DNA from: Geosiphon pyriformis uo1
Lineage: Eukaryota > Fungi > Glomeromycota
NCBI GenBank assembly: GCA_016748015.1
Contig: JAAOMT010000512.1
Coordinates: forward strand, 1,150,719-1,214,718
Length of the DNA: 64,000 nt
Direction of reading: 5' to 3'
Shown: one piece after another, positions 50,119 through 64,000 of the stretch
How positions within the stretch are numbered: the first letter of the stretch is position 1
Layout: each line of letters starts with the position of its first letter
Notes under the pieces: generated by a model
What the model was told of the DNA's origin: nothing
The model's database searches: none
Seen by the model: only the letters and a program-made list of their open reading frames with translations
Position numbers and translations under genes: made by a program

Positions 50119-51772
50119 TCAAGCCAACACAATATATTTGTGTAAATTTTCCGGGATCGCAGTAATCAGGTTTTTGCTCTCCAACCATTTACGGCCTAAG
50201 AACCATATATAAATTAATTATTTTGTGTCTATATTGAGTGTATACCAAAATCAAAAGGTTTGAAAACTTACTAAAGAGTCTGGACTGATATCGGTAGGCC
50301 CCATCGCACAGAATTGTTACAATATTTTTGCCTATAAAAGATCAAAAGATGTTTTATAACATAGTTCTTGGATGGTATGAAGATTACCATGAAAATCCTA
50401 GAGACAAACCAGGGCCTAGTATTTTTGCCATCTCGACTGCAGCCACAACATTTAAAGCCGAGGAAGCACCCATGTAAAGGCCTTCTTCATCCAACAATCG
50501 ATAAACCATTTCAATCGATTTTTCATCGGGAATGTGTAAAGCATCATCGATCAAGGCCACATCTGGCTGTAGGTTAGAAGTTATGCGACCCTGGCCAATG
50601 CCTTCAGTTATTGAGCTACCAGTCCGTTCAATCAACTTCCCGCCACTCTTAAAATAGCTATAAAGTACCGAACCAGGCGGATCAGCGATAAAACTTTTCA
50701 CCTCTGGATTTTTTTCTTTTAAGAATCGTGTTACGCCTGCTAAAGTACCTCCTGTACCCGTGGCACATGTAAATCCGTCTATATGGCCGTTTGTCTGTTC
50801 CCAAATCTCTGGGCCCGTAGTTTCATAATGAGCGCGACGATTGGCAATATTGTCAAATTGGTTTGTCCACACGGCGTTTGGAACAGTTTCCGCATGTCGA
50901 GCTGCTTGATGATTATAATTTTGTGGATTCTCAAAGGCAACTGCTGGAACTGGATGTACCTCGGCACCTATTTGTGCCATGGAGTTGATCATAAATTATA
51001 TTAAAATTAATTGGATCCATAATTGAGGTACAAATCAATCCTTGAAATATCTTTAATACCCAACATGCGTAAAAGATCAATCTTCTCTTGACTTTGTGTA
51101 TTCGGCATGTAGATGACGCATTTATATCCTTTTGCTCGGCATACGTGCGCCAAGCCTATTCCGGTGTTTCCTAAATGACATATGCAACTATGAGTGGCAA
51201 AAGAAATTTATCCTTCTATCATACATTATTTTCTTGGCATTTTTCTTGCCTGCTGTTCCTTCAACTATGGTACCCCCAGGTTTCAGCAGACCTATTCAAA
51301 TTGGATTCATTAGCATGCAGCCGGTATTTAGCCATTCTTTAGGATGAATTCTAATAACATTCAATTACCTTGCTCTTCCGCATTCTTCACCACATATAAT
51401 GCAGCCCTATCTTTGACTGACCCACCTGGGTTCATAAATTCGGCCTTTGCAAAAATCTCGGCACCTGTATTTTGACTGACTTTATTCAGGCGGATCTTAT
51501 ATTGTGGGCCGAGCAATAATGATAAATTTGATCAATAATATCTTTATAGTATACAAATTTAGTGAAAAATTAGAAAAATTATTTACCAATGGGGTGTTGC
51601 CTATGGCACCAACGAATCCATCAACTATCTTTCATACCAGTATTTATTTTAAAAAGTGACTTAAATCGAAATAAATAAATAAATCACCTACCTTGAACTG
51701 TGTTACGGCAGTTGTGGTGAATAGTCGCCTTAATGTGTTTTTTATAGCGAAACATGTAACAAACGTATTCAT
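50119..51772 (-). CDS. Cysteine synthase (O-acetylserine sulfhydrylase, PLP-dependent), likely mitochondrial
   Basis: Presequence-like N-terminus; [31 protein letters not shown]|[45 protein letters not shown]. Confidence 0.96.
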
Positions 51773-51899
51773 GTTTGCCTGAGACAGAAAAGATGCGAAA
51801 CCTCGAATTACATTTAACCACAGATTCTAAGTGACCTCATGTAATGGACGGTCTGATTCGCGCATTAAAAAAACTTATTCATGCAAATCAAAATAAGAA

Positions 51900-54100
51900 A
51901 CAATGCCAAATTAAGATGAACTTATAAACAAAAGTAATTTTTTTATTCTTAAAATTTAATATCATTTTGACAGATCAGAATAAAAACCAAAGGACAAAAA
52001 AAACCCAATGATAAGAAATAAAGTAAAAAACAAACAATCAAACAATCAAATTAAGTATTATAAATTATTTAATAAAGAAAAATTTGAAAGCTTAATATTT
52101 TAATATATTAAAACCAATTTAATGTTTTTTATTAAAGAGTTAAATTCAGTTTACAAAAACATATATATATTATAAGTTTATATATTATATTTTACAGTAA
52201 ATACTGAAATTTTTTATTAAATTATATTAAAAAAAATTAAAATCTTAATTTATGGCTTTAAATAATTTTGATTTGTTTATTGAAAGTTTTTAAAACACAA
52301 ATTAAGTTAATTTTTTTGTTGTATTTAAATTTATAAAAATTTTTTTAAAAGTATCTTTTGATTTTATAATATTTTATATACAAATTTTTTAATAAAAAAA
52401 ATTATATATTCAAAATTAGTTAATTTTTTTGTTTATATATTTATTTATTTAGATTAGTGTTATTTTTAATTAATTATTTAACTAAATTCTAGTTTTTTTA
52501 TCATAATTTATATTGTAATTTTAAAGTTTTTATAAAAAGTATTAAATTTATTATTAAATTACCAATTTTTTTTTGGTAAATAAACCAAAATTTTAATCTA
52601 AATACTTAAAAAAAAACAATTTTGTTTTTAAACTGTTTAATCTGAATTTAAAGTAATTTTTAACAACAAAAATAATAAAATATTTTATTAAAAATTTAAT
52701 TTATAAAAATCTTAAAAAACATAAAAATCTTTAAATATAATAAAATTTTAAAAAAAAGTTTTAATAAATAAACTGTTTTGTAATTAATAGTTAAATAATA
52801 TAAATTTTGATATTAAAAAAAATTTAAAATTTAAAAATATCAATAATAAATTTTTAATAATAATTAAAATAAGAGAATTAAAATATAATACAAATCTAAT
52901 TATCAATTTAAAAAATTATATTACTAATTACAAAAATAATACAGCCAAAAAAAAGTTGATTAATTTAACTTTAAATATATTACAAAAAGCAATAAACTTT
53001 TTTTAAATAAAAAAATTTGAATATTATTTTTTTTTAAAAAATTAATTAGCAAACAAAAACAGCTTTAAAAGTTTTAAAAATGTTAAAATAAACAATAATA
53101 TATTGTTATAAACCAATAAACTTTAATTTAATACCAAAAATATTATTAAAAAAATATATTAAAAAAACATATTACAAAACATTATAGTAATAAAACCAAA
53201 ACCAAAAACAAAAACTGCAAAAAATTTTACAATCTTAAAAATAAATTAATAAGCTTAATTTTAAAATAGAAATTTTACACAAAAAGTTTAATATTGTTTT
53301 TTAGTATTATTAAAATAAATTTTGGTTTTAGAAAATAGAAAAAAAAAGTATTTTAATTTTAATTTTATTAGTTTAATCTTTATAATTAGATAATATAATA
53401 ATATAATTAAAAAAATTATGTATTTAAGTATAACTTGTTTTGTTTTTAAAACTAATAAAAATTAATTAAAATTTATTATATTAAATATATTGTTAAATAC
53501 TAATTTACAATAGTTTAAATAAACATATTGTTATTATTGTTGACTAATTAAAAAAAGCCATTGTTTACAGCCAAAAAAATCAAGCATAATAATTAGTATT
53601 AGTAATATTAAATAGTAAAAAACATTAAAAAAACTAAAAAAAGTCAATATTTTATTTTTTATAAGAAAAAAACAAACTTTATGTCAAAAAAAATACTTTA
53701 AAAAACACCAAAAAAAATATATTTTTCAAATATCTTAAAAAAATTAGTAACAATATTTTTTTTAAAAAAAAGATTGTTTCTGTTTTTTTTGGTTATTTAA
53801 ACGGTAATTAAGAAAATTTTATGAGTTACAACTATATAAATCTATTTATAAATTTATTTTCTAATTATTTTCAAAAACTTTAAATGATTTTTAAAAAAAT
53901 TCATCTTTAAGATTTGGTAAATTTTATTAAAAATATTTATTTTAAACTTTTAAAAAGCAGTTTTTTTTAACTCTAAAATTCAATTTTCATGTACTAATTA
54001 ACTTTAAAAATATTAGATTCTAACTTCAGTTTGAAAATAAATTATTGTACCAAAAAATTTCAGTATTTAAAATATATATTTTCAGCTAAAATATTGTGCC
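51900..54100 (-). mobile_element. Second decayed LINE ORF1 copy in an AT-rich block
   Basis: Minus strand about 53135-52830 reads IKLKFIGL*QYIIVYF...C*LI..KKNNIQIF...FKVKLINF.FGCIIFVISNIIF*IDN*ICIIF. It aligns with the reverse complement of about 5640-5880, with mostly transition differences. Confidence 0.75.
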
Positions 54101-54941
54101 TTAAATTTTATCTAAATAGTAACCAGTGGTCACAATAGTTGATGTGTTGTTATTATGTCTATATTTTATAAGCATTTCAGTTAGGTATTTGTTATCCTCA
54201 ACAAAGTTGGACAAAACATAATATTTTAAAAGAGTCATTAATCCATATTTATTCTTATTACTCAAAAGTAATTCATATTTGTTAGTCTTGCTTGTGCTAC
54301 ATTTGGCAAGTTCAATAAACCTGTATCAAAGGATGAGAAAATAGTCTATTTTATTAAAGTATTTATCCACGAACCTTGTGAAGTGCTCATTAAGTCATAA
54401 AAAATGATGGAACATAAATGACGTTTTTTAAGGTCCAGTATCTTCCTAAATTGTCTTTTGTCGTTATAAAAACATTTTTACTAATTGGTGTCTTCTCTTA
54501 TAGCCAATAAAATCAACCAGCGCAATTCTTATTTTATATCAATTTTTCTAATAATGAATCTAACAGCTTTTAAAAAATTTTAATAAATAATTCTTATACA
54601 AATAAGAGAATTTTTAAAAATTAGCTTCAAAGCGACAAATAAAAATTCTTGATGCTGCTTTCCCAAATCCCTTAAACTTTAAGGATAATAAATTTTTTGA
54701 CTTTTCACAATAAAGCGCCTAACAGCATTTAATAGTTATTTATTAACTCTATGAATTGGAAAATATGCTATATCACTTTGTCAGGCTCCAAATTATTCCT
54801 TACATAAATCAATTATTAAATCGATTGAAGCTAAGAAAAGGATTATATACACAGAAACTCGCGCGTAAATCAACTCTTTAACAGTAGAAACATTATTATT
54901 TATAAATCAAAAAGCTGAAAGCAGATTAGGCTTGCCAAATG

Positions 54942-56106
54942 CTACCCAGAAATAATTTCAGGTCCAATCATAATACCAAAGTATGGTCCATTATGAAGAT
55001 TAAACCTTGGACTATGGAACTGATTGACACAAGACTAAAATTTAAGAGTGAAAACAAATTATTTCAAAAGATTGAAAAATCTTCCATCAGAAATCGTAAA
55101 TTTTAGTTTACATACCTCACTCTCGGCCCAAAAATAATGTCCATATTTCAATATGTTGGGACCATAGCAGAAAAATACTTCAATTTCTTCATCACATCCG
55201 CAATCTGAAGATATCCAATATTCTGCTAATGGATGAGCTAAATCTTGCCCATCGAAAGCTTTCCTAGGCAGCCTGGGCACATAATCATCGTATAACGTCA
55301 CGCGGAAAATAGTAAGTACTTGAGCAAATTTAAGGAGATTGAGATATGCAGCAAAAGCTCTGTTGCCTATCCGTGGTAATCCAAATGTAACCACCTGCAA
55401 AGGAGACTTATAATTTGGCGCAATGGTTGGCAAATAGTGAAGGAGAGCAAATATAGCATACACTAAAGCATTCCAAATTTAAAAACAATGTGACCATTTA
55501 GTTGAGATGAAATTCAGAACGATAAAAGGTTCTTCGCTGCAAAATTCTTACCTCCCCCTACGCCATGTCCAATGGCAGTGATGTGCTCTATAGCATGTTT
55601 ATTCAAAACATTTCTAATCATATTCAAAATTATAATCTCACTTTTTTGGTATTTTTTATACCAATCTGAATCAACTTGTGCTCCTTGAGGACTTATGGGA
55701 CCAAGTTCAAGTGTGAAATCGATTAATTTTGGCTGCCTTGACAACCATTCTTCTTGGGTGAGAGTCTCTCCACTTATAGATAATAATAACACATTTTTAA
55801 CCACCTCAATTTTAGCTGCACACAAAATTAAATTCATAAGTCTTTGGATCCAATATTCACTTTGATATATATTTAAAATTTACCATGAATGCTTGGGGAA
55901 ATATATCCATCTAAATTGCTAATTTGATAACTTTTCTTTGCATATTCTGCATCATATCGGAAAGCAATTAAAGTAGCGGGATTAGCTAGTTCTTTTAGTC
56001 CATGAGTAAACACTGATCTTTTTTGGAATCCTATTTGAAAGTCTCTTATCAGTGAGAAGCGTTTCGTAGGATTAAAACAATATTCAGCAATGATAAAAAT
56101 TACCAT
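54942..56106 (-). CDS. Lipase class 3 (alpha/beta hydrolase)-like protein lacking the catalytic Ser (GHGVGG)
   Basis: Exons give YDAEYAKKSY, TAIGHGVGG|VYAIFA, VVTFGLPRIGNRAFA, FRVTLYDDYVPRLP, HPLAEYWI, ES.|SCVN...HNGPYFG. Start is uncertain: an upstream ATG at about 56127 is followed by an in-frame TAA. Confidence 0.85.
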
Positions 56107-56579
56107 TTAATTGAAAGGATGAACCATTTTTCAATAGCTGGATGGATTCAATGCAAAAATATTTTAATGCGACAAAAAAATAAACGAATCTTACGAATAT
56201 CAAACCAAAATATTCCATTTCACACGAGACTGTGAACAGAAATTAAAATTTTACAGCTGATACTTTTCAAGTGGATTTATTATCAAAGAATTTCTAATAC
56301 AACGGGCAAAATATTTTCCGATTTATATTAATTTTCTTATCTAATTCCAGATAATTAGAAAAATGTCAATAATTGCATTCCATTCAATCATAATTTTCAA
56401 GCAAAATCATATGGTCCTTTCTTTTAAAGTCAAGAAGTGACATCTAAATAAGACTGAGTGTAATAACAGAAAAAATCACAGATCTCGTAATTCCGATCTA
56501 GTTTAGTGGGACCAAATTACATGATTTTATATTCTCGATAAGATAATGTATTATAAGGCGTCTACATTCACAAAAAACG

Positions 56580-58250
56580 TTTAATTTAAAATTTTGTTTT
56601 ATCCTAATTTTATTTGCAATTATTTGTAAGTAAAATTTCTTTTAATTTCATAAAAGAAAAAGAAATTATTGTTTTTCAATATTGTTAATCTATTTTTTTA
56701 AAATTTTGACTTAGCTTGTATAAAACTATCTATAAATAATTGAAACTGTAGTGATAAAGAAAATAATTGAAGTCTATTTTTACAATTATAAATTTTTAAT
56801 TTTAGAATCTGAAATTCTATTTTAATGATTTTAACAAATGTTTTTGCCATAATTTTGTACTTGCTATAATTGAATTTTTGAAAAAAAAAACAATATTATA
56901 TTGCTATAAACAAGTAAATTGTAATTTAATATTGTAAAAAAATATGTTAAAAACATTATAAATTATAATAATAATAATAAAAAGAAACCAATTTTGATAT
57001 TATAACAAAATTTAAAATGTAAATTATAATAAGAAAAAATAACTCAATAAGCCTAATTTTAATAAGTATTTAGAAAATTTTAAAATATGAATTTTATATA
57101 AAATAACCTAACATTCTTTTTGTTAATTAATATAAGATTAATAAAGCCAAATATCAACTAAAACCCTGTTTTTATATAATTTAATTTAATTTTTAAGAAG
57201 ACATTAAATTTTAACATTTAGTAATAAACAACATAATTAAATGTTGATTTGTTTTTATTTTAGTTATCTAAATTAAAAAAAGCATTATTGTTTATAGTTA
57301 AATTAAAGTTAATTGTTTTTCTTAATAATCAAAATAATATTTTTGATATTTAAAATTTAAATAATTAATAATTTTTTCAAATATTTATTGAAATTATTAA
57401 ATTTAAAATAATATATATTTTCATAAGATTAACAAAAAACAAAGAAAATTTTTATTTTATTTTCAATAAGACTTTTTAACAAGTTACTCAAAGCCTTAAA
57501 TATTTTTAATAAAATGCAAAAACAAATAAACAAATTAAATAGTCCATGAAATTCTTTTATTTTAAAAAAAAACATAAGTTAATTACAATAGGTGAGCAAT
57601 TATTAAATACATATTAAAGCACATTTTAGCATAAAAAATCAATGAGAAAATTAAACAAACTAAAACCTAATTGAACAAAAAACAAAATCAATAGATTAAT
57701 TCAAAATAGTGAATTTTTAATCAGAATTCTAATCTTTTAAACGATCATATCCTTTTTAAAATTCAAAAATATTTGTTCTTTGTTTCTATTTTTGAACTAA
57801 AGATGTTACTGCAAATAATTTTTTATTAAAAGTTGCAAATGGGTGAAAATTTTAAAACTACCAAATGTTATTTTTAGTCTGAATTCCAGACCATAGATTA
57901 AATTTTTTCATTCTTTTATTGCTACAAAATTTAACTTTATAATTTTATTCCTTTGCTAAAAACTGTAAAATTGAATATGGCAAAAAGGCTTCAAAAATAA
58001 AATACATGTATAAAGATTTCTATTATTGAAAATCCAAAACTTCATTCTGACTTGATTTGGATAAAAGTCATGAAGATTTCCTAAATTTGCCAAGATATAA
58101 ACAATTTCTCATATCATGTTCGCATTTCAAAAAAAAAGTTGGAAAAAATAATAAAGTGAAATTCAAAAATCAAGTTATTGAAAATTATAATTATGAACCT
58201 TGAAAAATAATTTGCGTTAAAATTTTTATTCCAAAAGAGCCATTTAATAA
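56580..58250. repeat. AT-rich decayed repeat block
   Basis: Composition like the LINE-relic blocks; no restorable motif identified. Confidence 0.45.
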
Positions 58251-58869
58251 AAATATATAAGTTACCTGTTTAGAATATTTTTATTAGTATTTTGTGCTTC
58301 ATATTGAAACATAACCCCAAAAGTCAAAAATAAATAGCATACCAAATTTTCGTTACAGAAAAGTTGAGTTTGATCCACATTGATGCTTATAAACTCAATA
58401 TCTTTTTCAATCAGTTGGCACTTGGAAATCTTATTACATAAATTGTTAAAAAAAGATCATTGAAGAGATATCTGAATCAAAGATCAAAATTTTAAACGGA
58501 ATTTTGAGGAGTTTGTTTTAAAACTCTTCATAATCCCAGAAATTTCAAACTCTTGACTTAATCTATTATCAGTCATATATCACCATTTGCGTGTGCCCAA
58601 TGGAAACAGCAGTAATAGAGGCTGCATCATTTTGAATATCAAAGAAAAAAAATTATAAAAAATCCATATTATAAAAGAGAAAAAAATCACAGTCAACCTT
58701 TAACATCCCGATCTTTTTAGTCTCCTCCCTCATTTGCGACTATTTATTCATCACCAGACATACAAAAAAAAAACCCAGTCTTTATATTCTCAACTGAGTT
58801 TCACCATATTTTTTTCCCGCCTTTATCATATCTTCAAGCATTTATAGCTTTCCATTAACCAATAGAGTG

Positions 58870-61081
58870 ATGATTTCCTCTCAAAATATCAACGAAAATT
58901 CAACTAATGGCTCCACACTTATCCAAAGTACATCTTCTGGAGATAACAATTTTTTGATTGCTAAAGAACAAACAAAGTTTGATTTGAATTCTGTGGAAAA
59001 TACCCAAGAGAAAAATCATCAAGAAGGCTCAGCTCCTCCAACCGCATCCATGGTTGAAGCGAAAAATGTTTCTAATTTAAAAAACACTCAACAGCTCCAT
59101 ATACCAACCGTGCCAATCCTTCCACAGATTGTTGCTCCAGAAAATGCGTTGATATTACCTAGGTCACAAAATAATGGATCTTTTGTTCCCATTCAACCCT
59201 ACCCAGTGAATTTATTGAAAGAAGGCATTTCACAACCGTTGGCAAGCACGCAGCCTACCTTTGCTCTTTTACCAACAGGAACAACAATTCCACAACCAAT
59301 ACCTGTTAACAGGCCAAAGAGACAACAGGTCAAAAATGCTTGTGGTAATTTATTTTTCATACAATTGAAAATTCCAAATTTATTTGATTATTTAATTGAG
59401 AAGTTAGTTGTGCATTTACTTAGGAGAGACAAGAAAATTTATTTTCTGTGTAAAAATTTCTGCTTGGCTTATCTTATATTAGGAAGTTTTAACAAATTGG
59501 TTTTAAGTGTTGTAAAATCAAAATTTCTGATCCATTATGCCCAAATTAAGTGTTGAAACTAATTGCCGTTCCTTTTTGAGTTAACTGCCAAAAAGCATGC
59601 AAGAAATGTGATGATCAAAGACCGTGTTCCCGTTGCATAAAATACGAACTGACGGAAACTTGCAAAGATTCTAGCCGTAAAGAAAGGAAAAGGGGAATAA
59701 AGAGAGGTCCTTACAAAAAAAAAGAATCTAAAAAGGTAAAAGGTAAGACTCGGGAAGTATTTAGACCATCACTTTTTGATTGAAAAAGAAGCTTTTCCAT
59801 TTTCAATGTTCCCAATATGTAGCCATACCAGCACAGACAGCACCAGCAGAGAACATAAGAGCACAGAATGTATCATCATCCGGCTTAATTTTTACCAGTG
59901 GCCAGCCCGCTTCATTTGGAACACTTCCATTCACTATTTTTGGAATGCCTTCATCACAGTCTGGTCAACTTATAATGATTCCTACACCTTCGACAAACTC
60001 TGGCATCACACCTTATGTTTTACTTCCCAGTCATTATTTGCCCCAAGGAATCTCGATAAATGAGGAGCAGAGGTTAGATCCAACACAAAAAGAAGAAATA
60101 TCATCTCCTAATGAACAGCATGAGGGAAAAGCCTTACATTCCCCTGAATCTTCCCCAGTCGCTGATACAAAAGGCAAAAGTACTACAACCGAAAGTACCG
60201 GTTCTAAACTAACGCTCCTTTCACAGGTCTGTAGTGACATGTTGGGTGGCAAATCTAACACAGATCAAGGAAAAAAAACCACACCTTCCCCGAGTCCCAC
60301 TATATCGGGTCATCACCCCTCGAATTTGCAAGACCCAGAAAACTTGCCCATTGCGGTTGCCCCTGATTTTCCGTCTCATAAAATTGAATCGAGTGTTTCT
60401 TCGAGCAAGAGTGAAAATGAGATTGATAACATCGTCATCAATTCAACTGCCGCTGAACAGCATCCGCAAAGTGTTGAAGTACTTGCTAATCAAAACTCAA
60501 CCCAATATAATAAAATTACAACTGAAAGAGGCCAGATAATTTCTTCAGCTCAACAACAGACAAATCATTTACCATTGAAACGAGCTCCACCAGAAGCGGA
60601 TGGGGATCAAACATGTGCAAATAAACGAATTCGATCAGTATCTGAAAGTTTCTGTCACATACCAAATGGTGTTCAACCGCACTTTGGGCCGCTTACACAA
60701 CACCAATTTCAGGTCCAGCGCCGAATTAATTCTTTCATTCCATTTTCAACACAAATTCATCCTTCTTACCAACAGTCAGCTCGAGAATCCGAGAAAATCT
60801 CAGCATTCATTGATCCTTCCCTGAGGCAGAACTCATCATCATTCATTTATCAAACATCATCGCAAATAAACTCTCAAGCTTCAAATATGCAATATGGAAT
60901 TCCTTCTCACGCTCCAAATGGTTATCATCAATCTCAACAACATATATCCCAATCCTCATCTCAACAAATCCATACGATTGGTTATCCAAACTTCCAGCCT
61001 ATGCTTTCAACTCAGGGAATTCAAAGTTTGCCTCAACTGGTTCAGTCGATGCATATGCATAGGGAGTCACAAAATTTTTGA
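58870..61081 (+). CDS. Zn(II)2Cys6 fungal transcription factor with long disordered flanks
   Basis: KRQQVKNAC|VNCQKACKKCDDQRPCSRCIKYELTETCKDSSRKERKRGIKRGPY; introns about 59345-59580 and 59743-59822; Ser/Gln/Pro-rich tail. Confidence 0.93.
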
Positions 61082-61693
61082 GTACTACTCAAATTAGGTT
61101 GATATGAAAGAGTTTTTCTTGAAATTTTCAATAGTTGCGATACATTGATACATAATATAGTATAAATAGTAGCAGATTTTCTAATAATTAAGAATTATTG
61201 GTTTATAAAACTCCTATGAAAAGCTTTAAATCCCAAGAAATTTAGATTAATCCCGTGGAATCAGTCTTAAAAGATCTTAACGTCAGGTGTTTTTGGTAGC
61301 GTGAAGTAAAAAAAATTGTCAGTCCAATTCTAGCTTTAAAAATATTTTTTCCTTTAAAAACAATCTTTTGAAAAATGTTTCACGACTCGAAAATAAATTG
61401 AGTGGTCTTTCTAACTAAAAGTGTAAAACATTATTCTCATAGCTTAGGAAAACAAACAAAGATTTTTTTTAAATTTCGATTTGGCTCAGGGGCAAATTCA
61501 GCTGTACTCATTTAATTTTGGAATTTAACATCTTTTACTTGTGCTTCATGTCTTTTTGTGACGAAATAAAATTCCAACAATAAAATTGAATACTAGAAAG
61601 TCACAGGATACACCATTTTTATCTTCAATAGAGAGGACATGATCATGTTGCGATTTCTTTATATTCTGGGTTTTAGAAAAAAGCTGACCTAAA

Positions 61694-64000
61694 ATGTCCC
61701 ACAAATCTGCCACCTTTTCTTCGAATGTTTCTAGTGACCCCGAGCTCGTGGTTCGCTGGTATTATTTGAGCTTGAACTTAACCTTTTTTTCCAACCTTAG
61801 AATTCACACTTTTAAATCTTTAGGTTCCATGCCGTTGATATACCTCGGCTAGACCCTAACAAAGTTCCTCTTAGCAACACTTCCACACTTTCCTCCAATA
61901 CAAGCAGTGGTACCAAAGACGGCCTTCCACCAGTACCTTCGACTAAAGTATCAACGATCAAACAGCCATCGGTGTGGGTTCCATTTTCGAGGCGTGATTC
62001 TGCCGCCCTCGAACAAGTTTATCTAAGCAATAGACCAGGTCTAACCGTTCCAGTTAATGAAGATTATTTATTTGAAGTTGACATTGATGATAGAGAAATA
62101 TATCCTGTGAGTCCCATATTTGATCAATCTTGTGATTCAATTATCTGTTTTGAAGTGTCCCTTGATAATCAACCGTTATTTTTAAGGTATACTGGCCTGG
62201 TCCAGCATATGAAGTAAGACGCGGAACATGGTTTTACCAGGGAGACGGAACCCATTTTTTACCCTGTGATGAAAACATGGCGCAACAAATTGAGACAGGA
62301 TACATGTATGTATAGGAAATACATCCAATACTACATAAGATTCCTTTTTCTCATTCAATTTTTTTGGCTTCTAATAAAAGGAAACATCAACCATGGATTC
62401 TTCCAGAGGAAGAAATTCCTAAAGACGCAGAATCTCCATCAGAAGCCAAAAAAAAACCAGCATCAGAAAAGAGTTGGGCTTTGTTAGGCCGATATTTATC
62501 ACAGTATGTCGTTTATTCTGGCCCAACCTCCGCATGGTTATTGAGGTAGGTAAAGTCAAGATCATTTTTGTTTTAATCTCTTTTGATTGGTGAGCAATAT
62601 ACCGGTAATCTTAAATCAAACTCCTTCAACTCTTTATAGTGATGATGTACCTGGCAAACTTGCAAAAACTTTTTACGCTAAGGTAACAATGGGTGTAAAT
62701 CTTGGAGGGACGCGTCTTCTTCGTGGCTATTACGAAGTTGAATTATTCGAAACAAAAAGGCCTACGGATGACTTTGACCGAAAGAAAAAGGAGGACCCTG
62801 AAAAAGAAAGATATAATGAACTTACGAAAGAAAAAGACACCGATTTGGATTTAGAAACAGTTGAGATTGAAGATTATGATAATCATAACGAAGAAGAGGA
62901 AAGGACCATTGATCATCTGGTTTTAGTGATTCATGGGTATGAAATACCGCAGCTTAAAAACGTATCATTCAGGAAACTTTAAATAGAGGTACTAATCCAA
63001 TGATTTACCAAAAGCATAGGACAAAAATTGTGCGAAACAATGGAATCTATTAATTTCGTTCATGGTAAGTAGTTGGATGTTACATTATAATACTTTTGTC
63101 TTTTTGACCAGGCTTTTCGCTTATGTTTTCAGATCTATTTTAAAGATGTGAATGTACTTAGAAGAACAATAAAAACAATGTATTCCACCAATCCTCCCCC
63201 TGAATTGCTCTCAAGGACCGATACTTCCTCTTCACAAAAACGAAATTCGACACCCCTGGAGAAATTACCACGGAGTAATGGGATTCAAGTTTTGCCTATT
63301 CAATGGCGTCAAGAGATTAAGGTATACATATACTTCAAAATATTGAATATTTCTGAGAAATGAAATCATTAATTGAACATTTAACTTCCATTGACAAATT
63401 CTAAGTTCGGTATGGCGAATGCTGATCAAGATACTCAAACTGACCTAGGCTTGCAGGAATCAGAAGAAGGACAGACGACTTTGCTAGAGATCACGCTGGA
63501 GGGTGTTCCTACTCTCAGAATGATGATATCAGACGTATTAATGGATGGTACTTATTTCAAGCTAACTTTTCTAACAAATTTCCAAAATTTTCTTTTCACT
63601 TACAATTTTCATTATTTACTCTTTACCCAGTTTTATTATATATGACTCCTAAATATCGTGAGCAAATGGTAAATACCGTAACCAAAGAATGTAATCGAGT
63701 TTATGGTCTGTTTCTCGAACGCAATCCACGATTTTTGGAAATTGGTGGAAAAGTCTCCATTTATGGCCATTCTTTGGGATCTGTTTTAGCATTTGATATT
63801 CTGTGTCATCAGCCACCACTACTGCCGTCTACACCTGGGATTTTCGATGAAAGAAATAACCCAGAGTTACAAAAAATTCAAGAACGATTGATAAATCTTG
63901 AGTTTCCTGTTGCCAACTTTTTTGCCGTTGGTTCACCTATAGGCCTCTTTCTTATGTTGAAAGGCTTAAAGATAGGTTCAAGAGGAGGTCAACTCAAAAA
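61694..64000 (+). CDS. DDHD-family intracellular phospholipase A1 (PA-PLA1/Ddl1-like); runs off the window end
   Basis: VRW|FHAVD, WVPFS..DS, VPVNEDYLFEVDI, YWPGPAYEVRRGTWF, DHLVLVIHG|IGQK, IQVLPIQWR, ITLEGVP.LR, YGHSLGS nucleophile motif, FFAVGSP. Confidence 0.93.

Noticed and set aside
1-64000. CRISPR arrays, rRNA genes, bacterial operons or organelle DNA in the AT-rich blocks
   Set aside because: No repeat-spacer arrays or rRNA signatures. Genes have spliceosomal introns, and the legible AT-rich blocks resolve to transposon relics, not mitochondrial genes.

Overview
Eukaryotic, intron-rich, AT-rich fungal DNA. Gene content (tyrosine-kinase-like receptor kinase, HSPA12-like Hsp70, class-3 lipase-like gene, LINE relics) points to Glomeromycotina/Mucoromycota; this assignment is inference. 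About 17 protein-coding genes are recognisable: an Hsp70-like gene head-to-head with a coiled-coil gene, REEP/HVA22, a small TM protein, GH37 trehalase, a Ser/Thr-rich surface protein, a kelch-like receptor kinase, a multicopper oxidase, a CMTR1-like cap methyltransferase, ARP6, a UBXN7/Ubx5-like gene, ATG1, CutC, cytochrome c1 heme lyase, cysteine synthase, a lipase-3-like pseudoenzyme, a Zn2Cys6 factor and a DDHD phospholipase. They are separated by very AT-rich blocks. Two blocks can be read as LINE relics once C>T/G>A changes are reversed, suggesting RIP-like hypermutation. Elements absent from the ORF track include a decayed IS607-type serine recombinase plus TnpB/Fanzor element (about 21.3-22.7 kb, minus strand), an Mrr-type nuclease pseudogene (about 41.6 kb) and a kinase-less pseudogenised paralogue of the receptor kinase (about 20-21 kb). 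Exon boundaries were read by eye and all homology calls come from motif recognition, not database searches.
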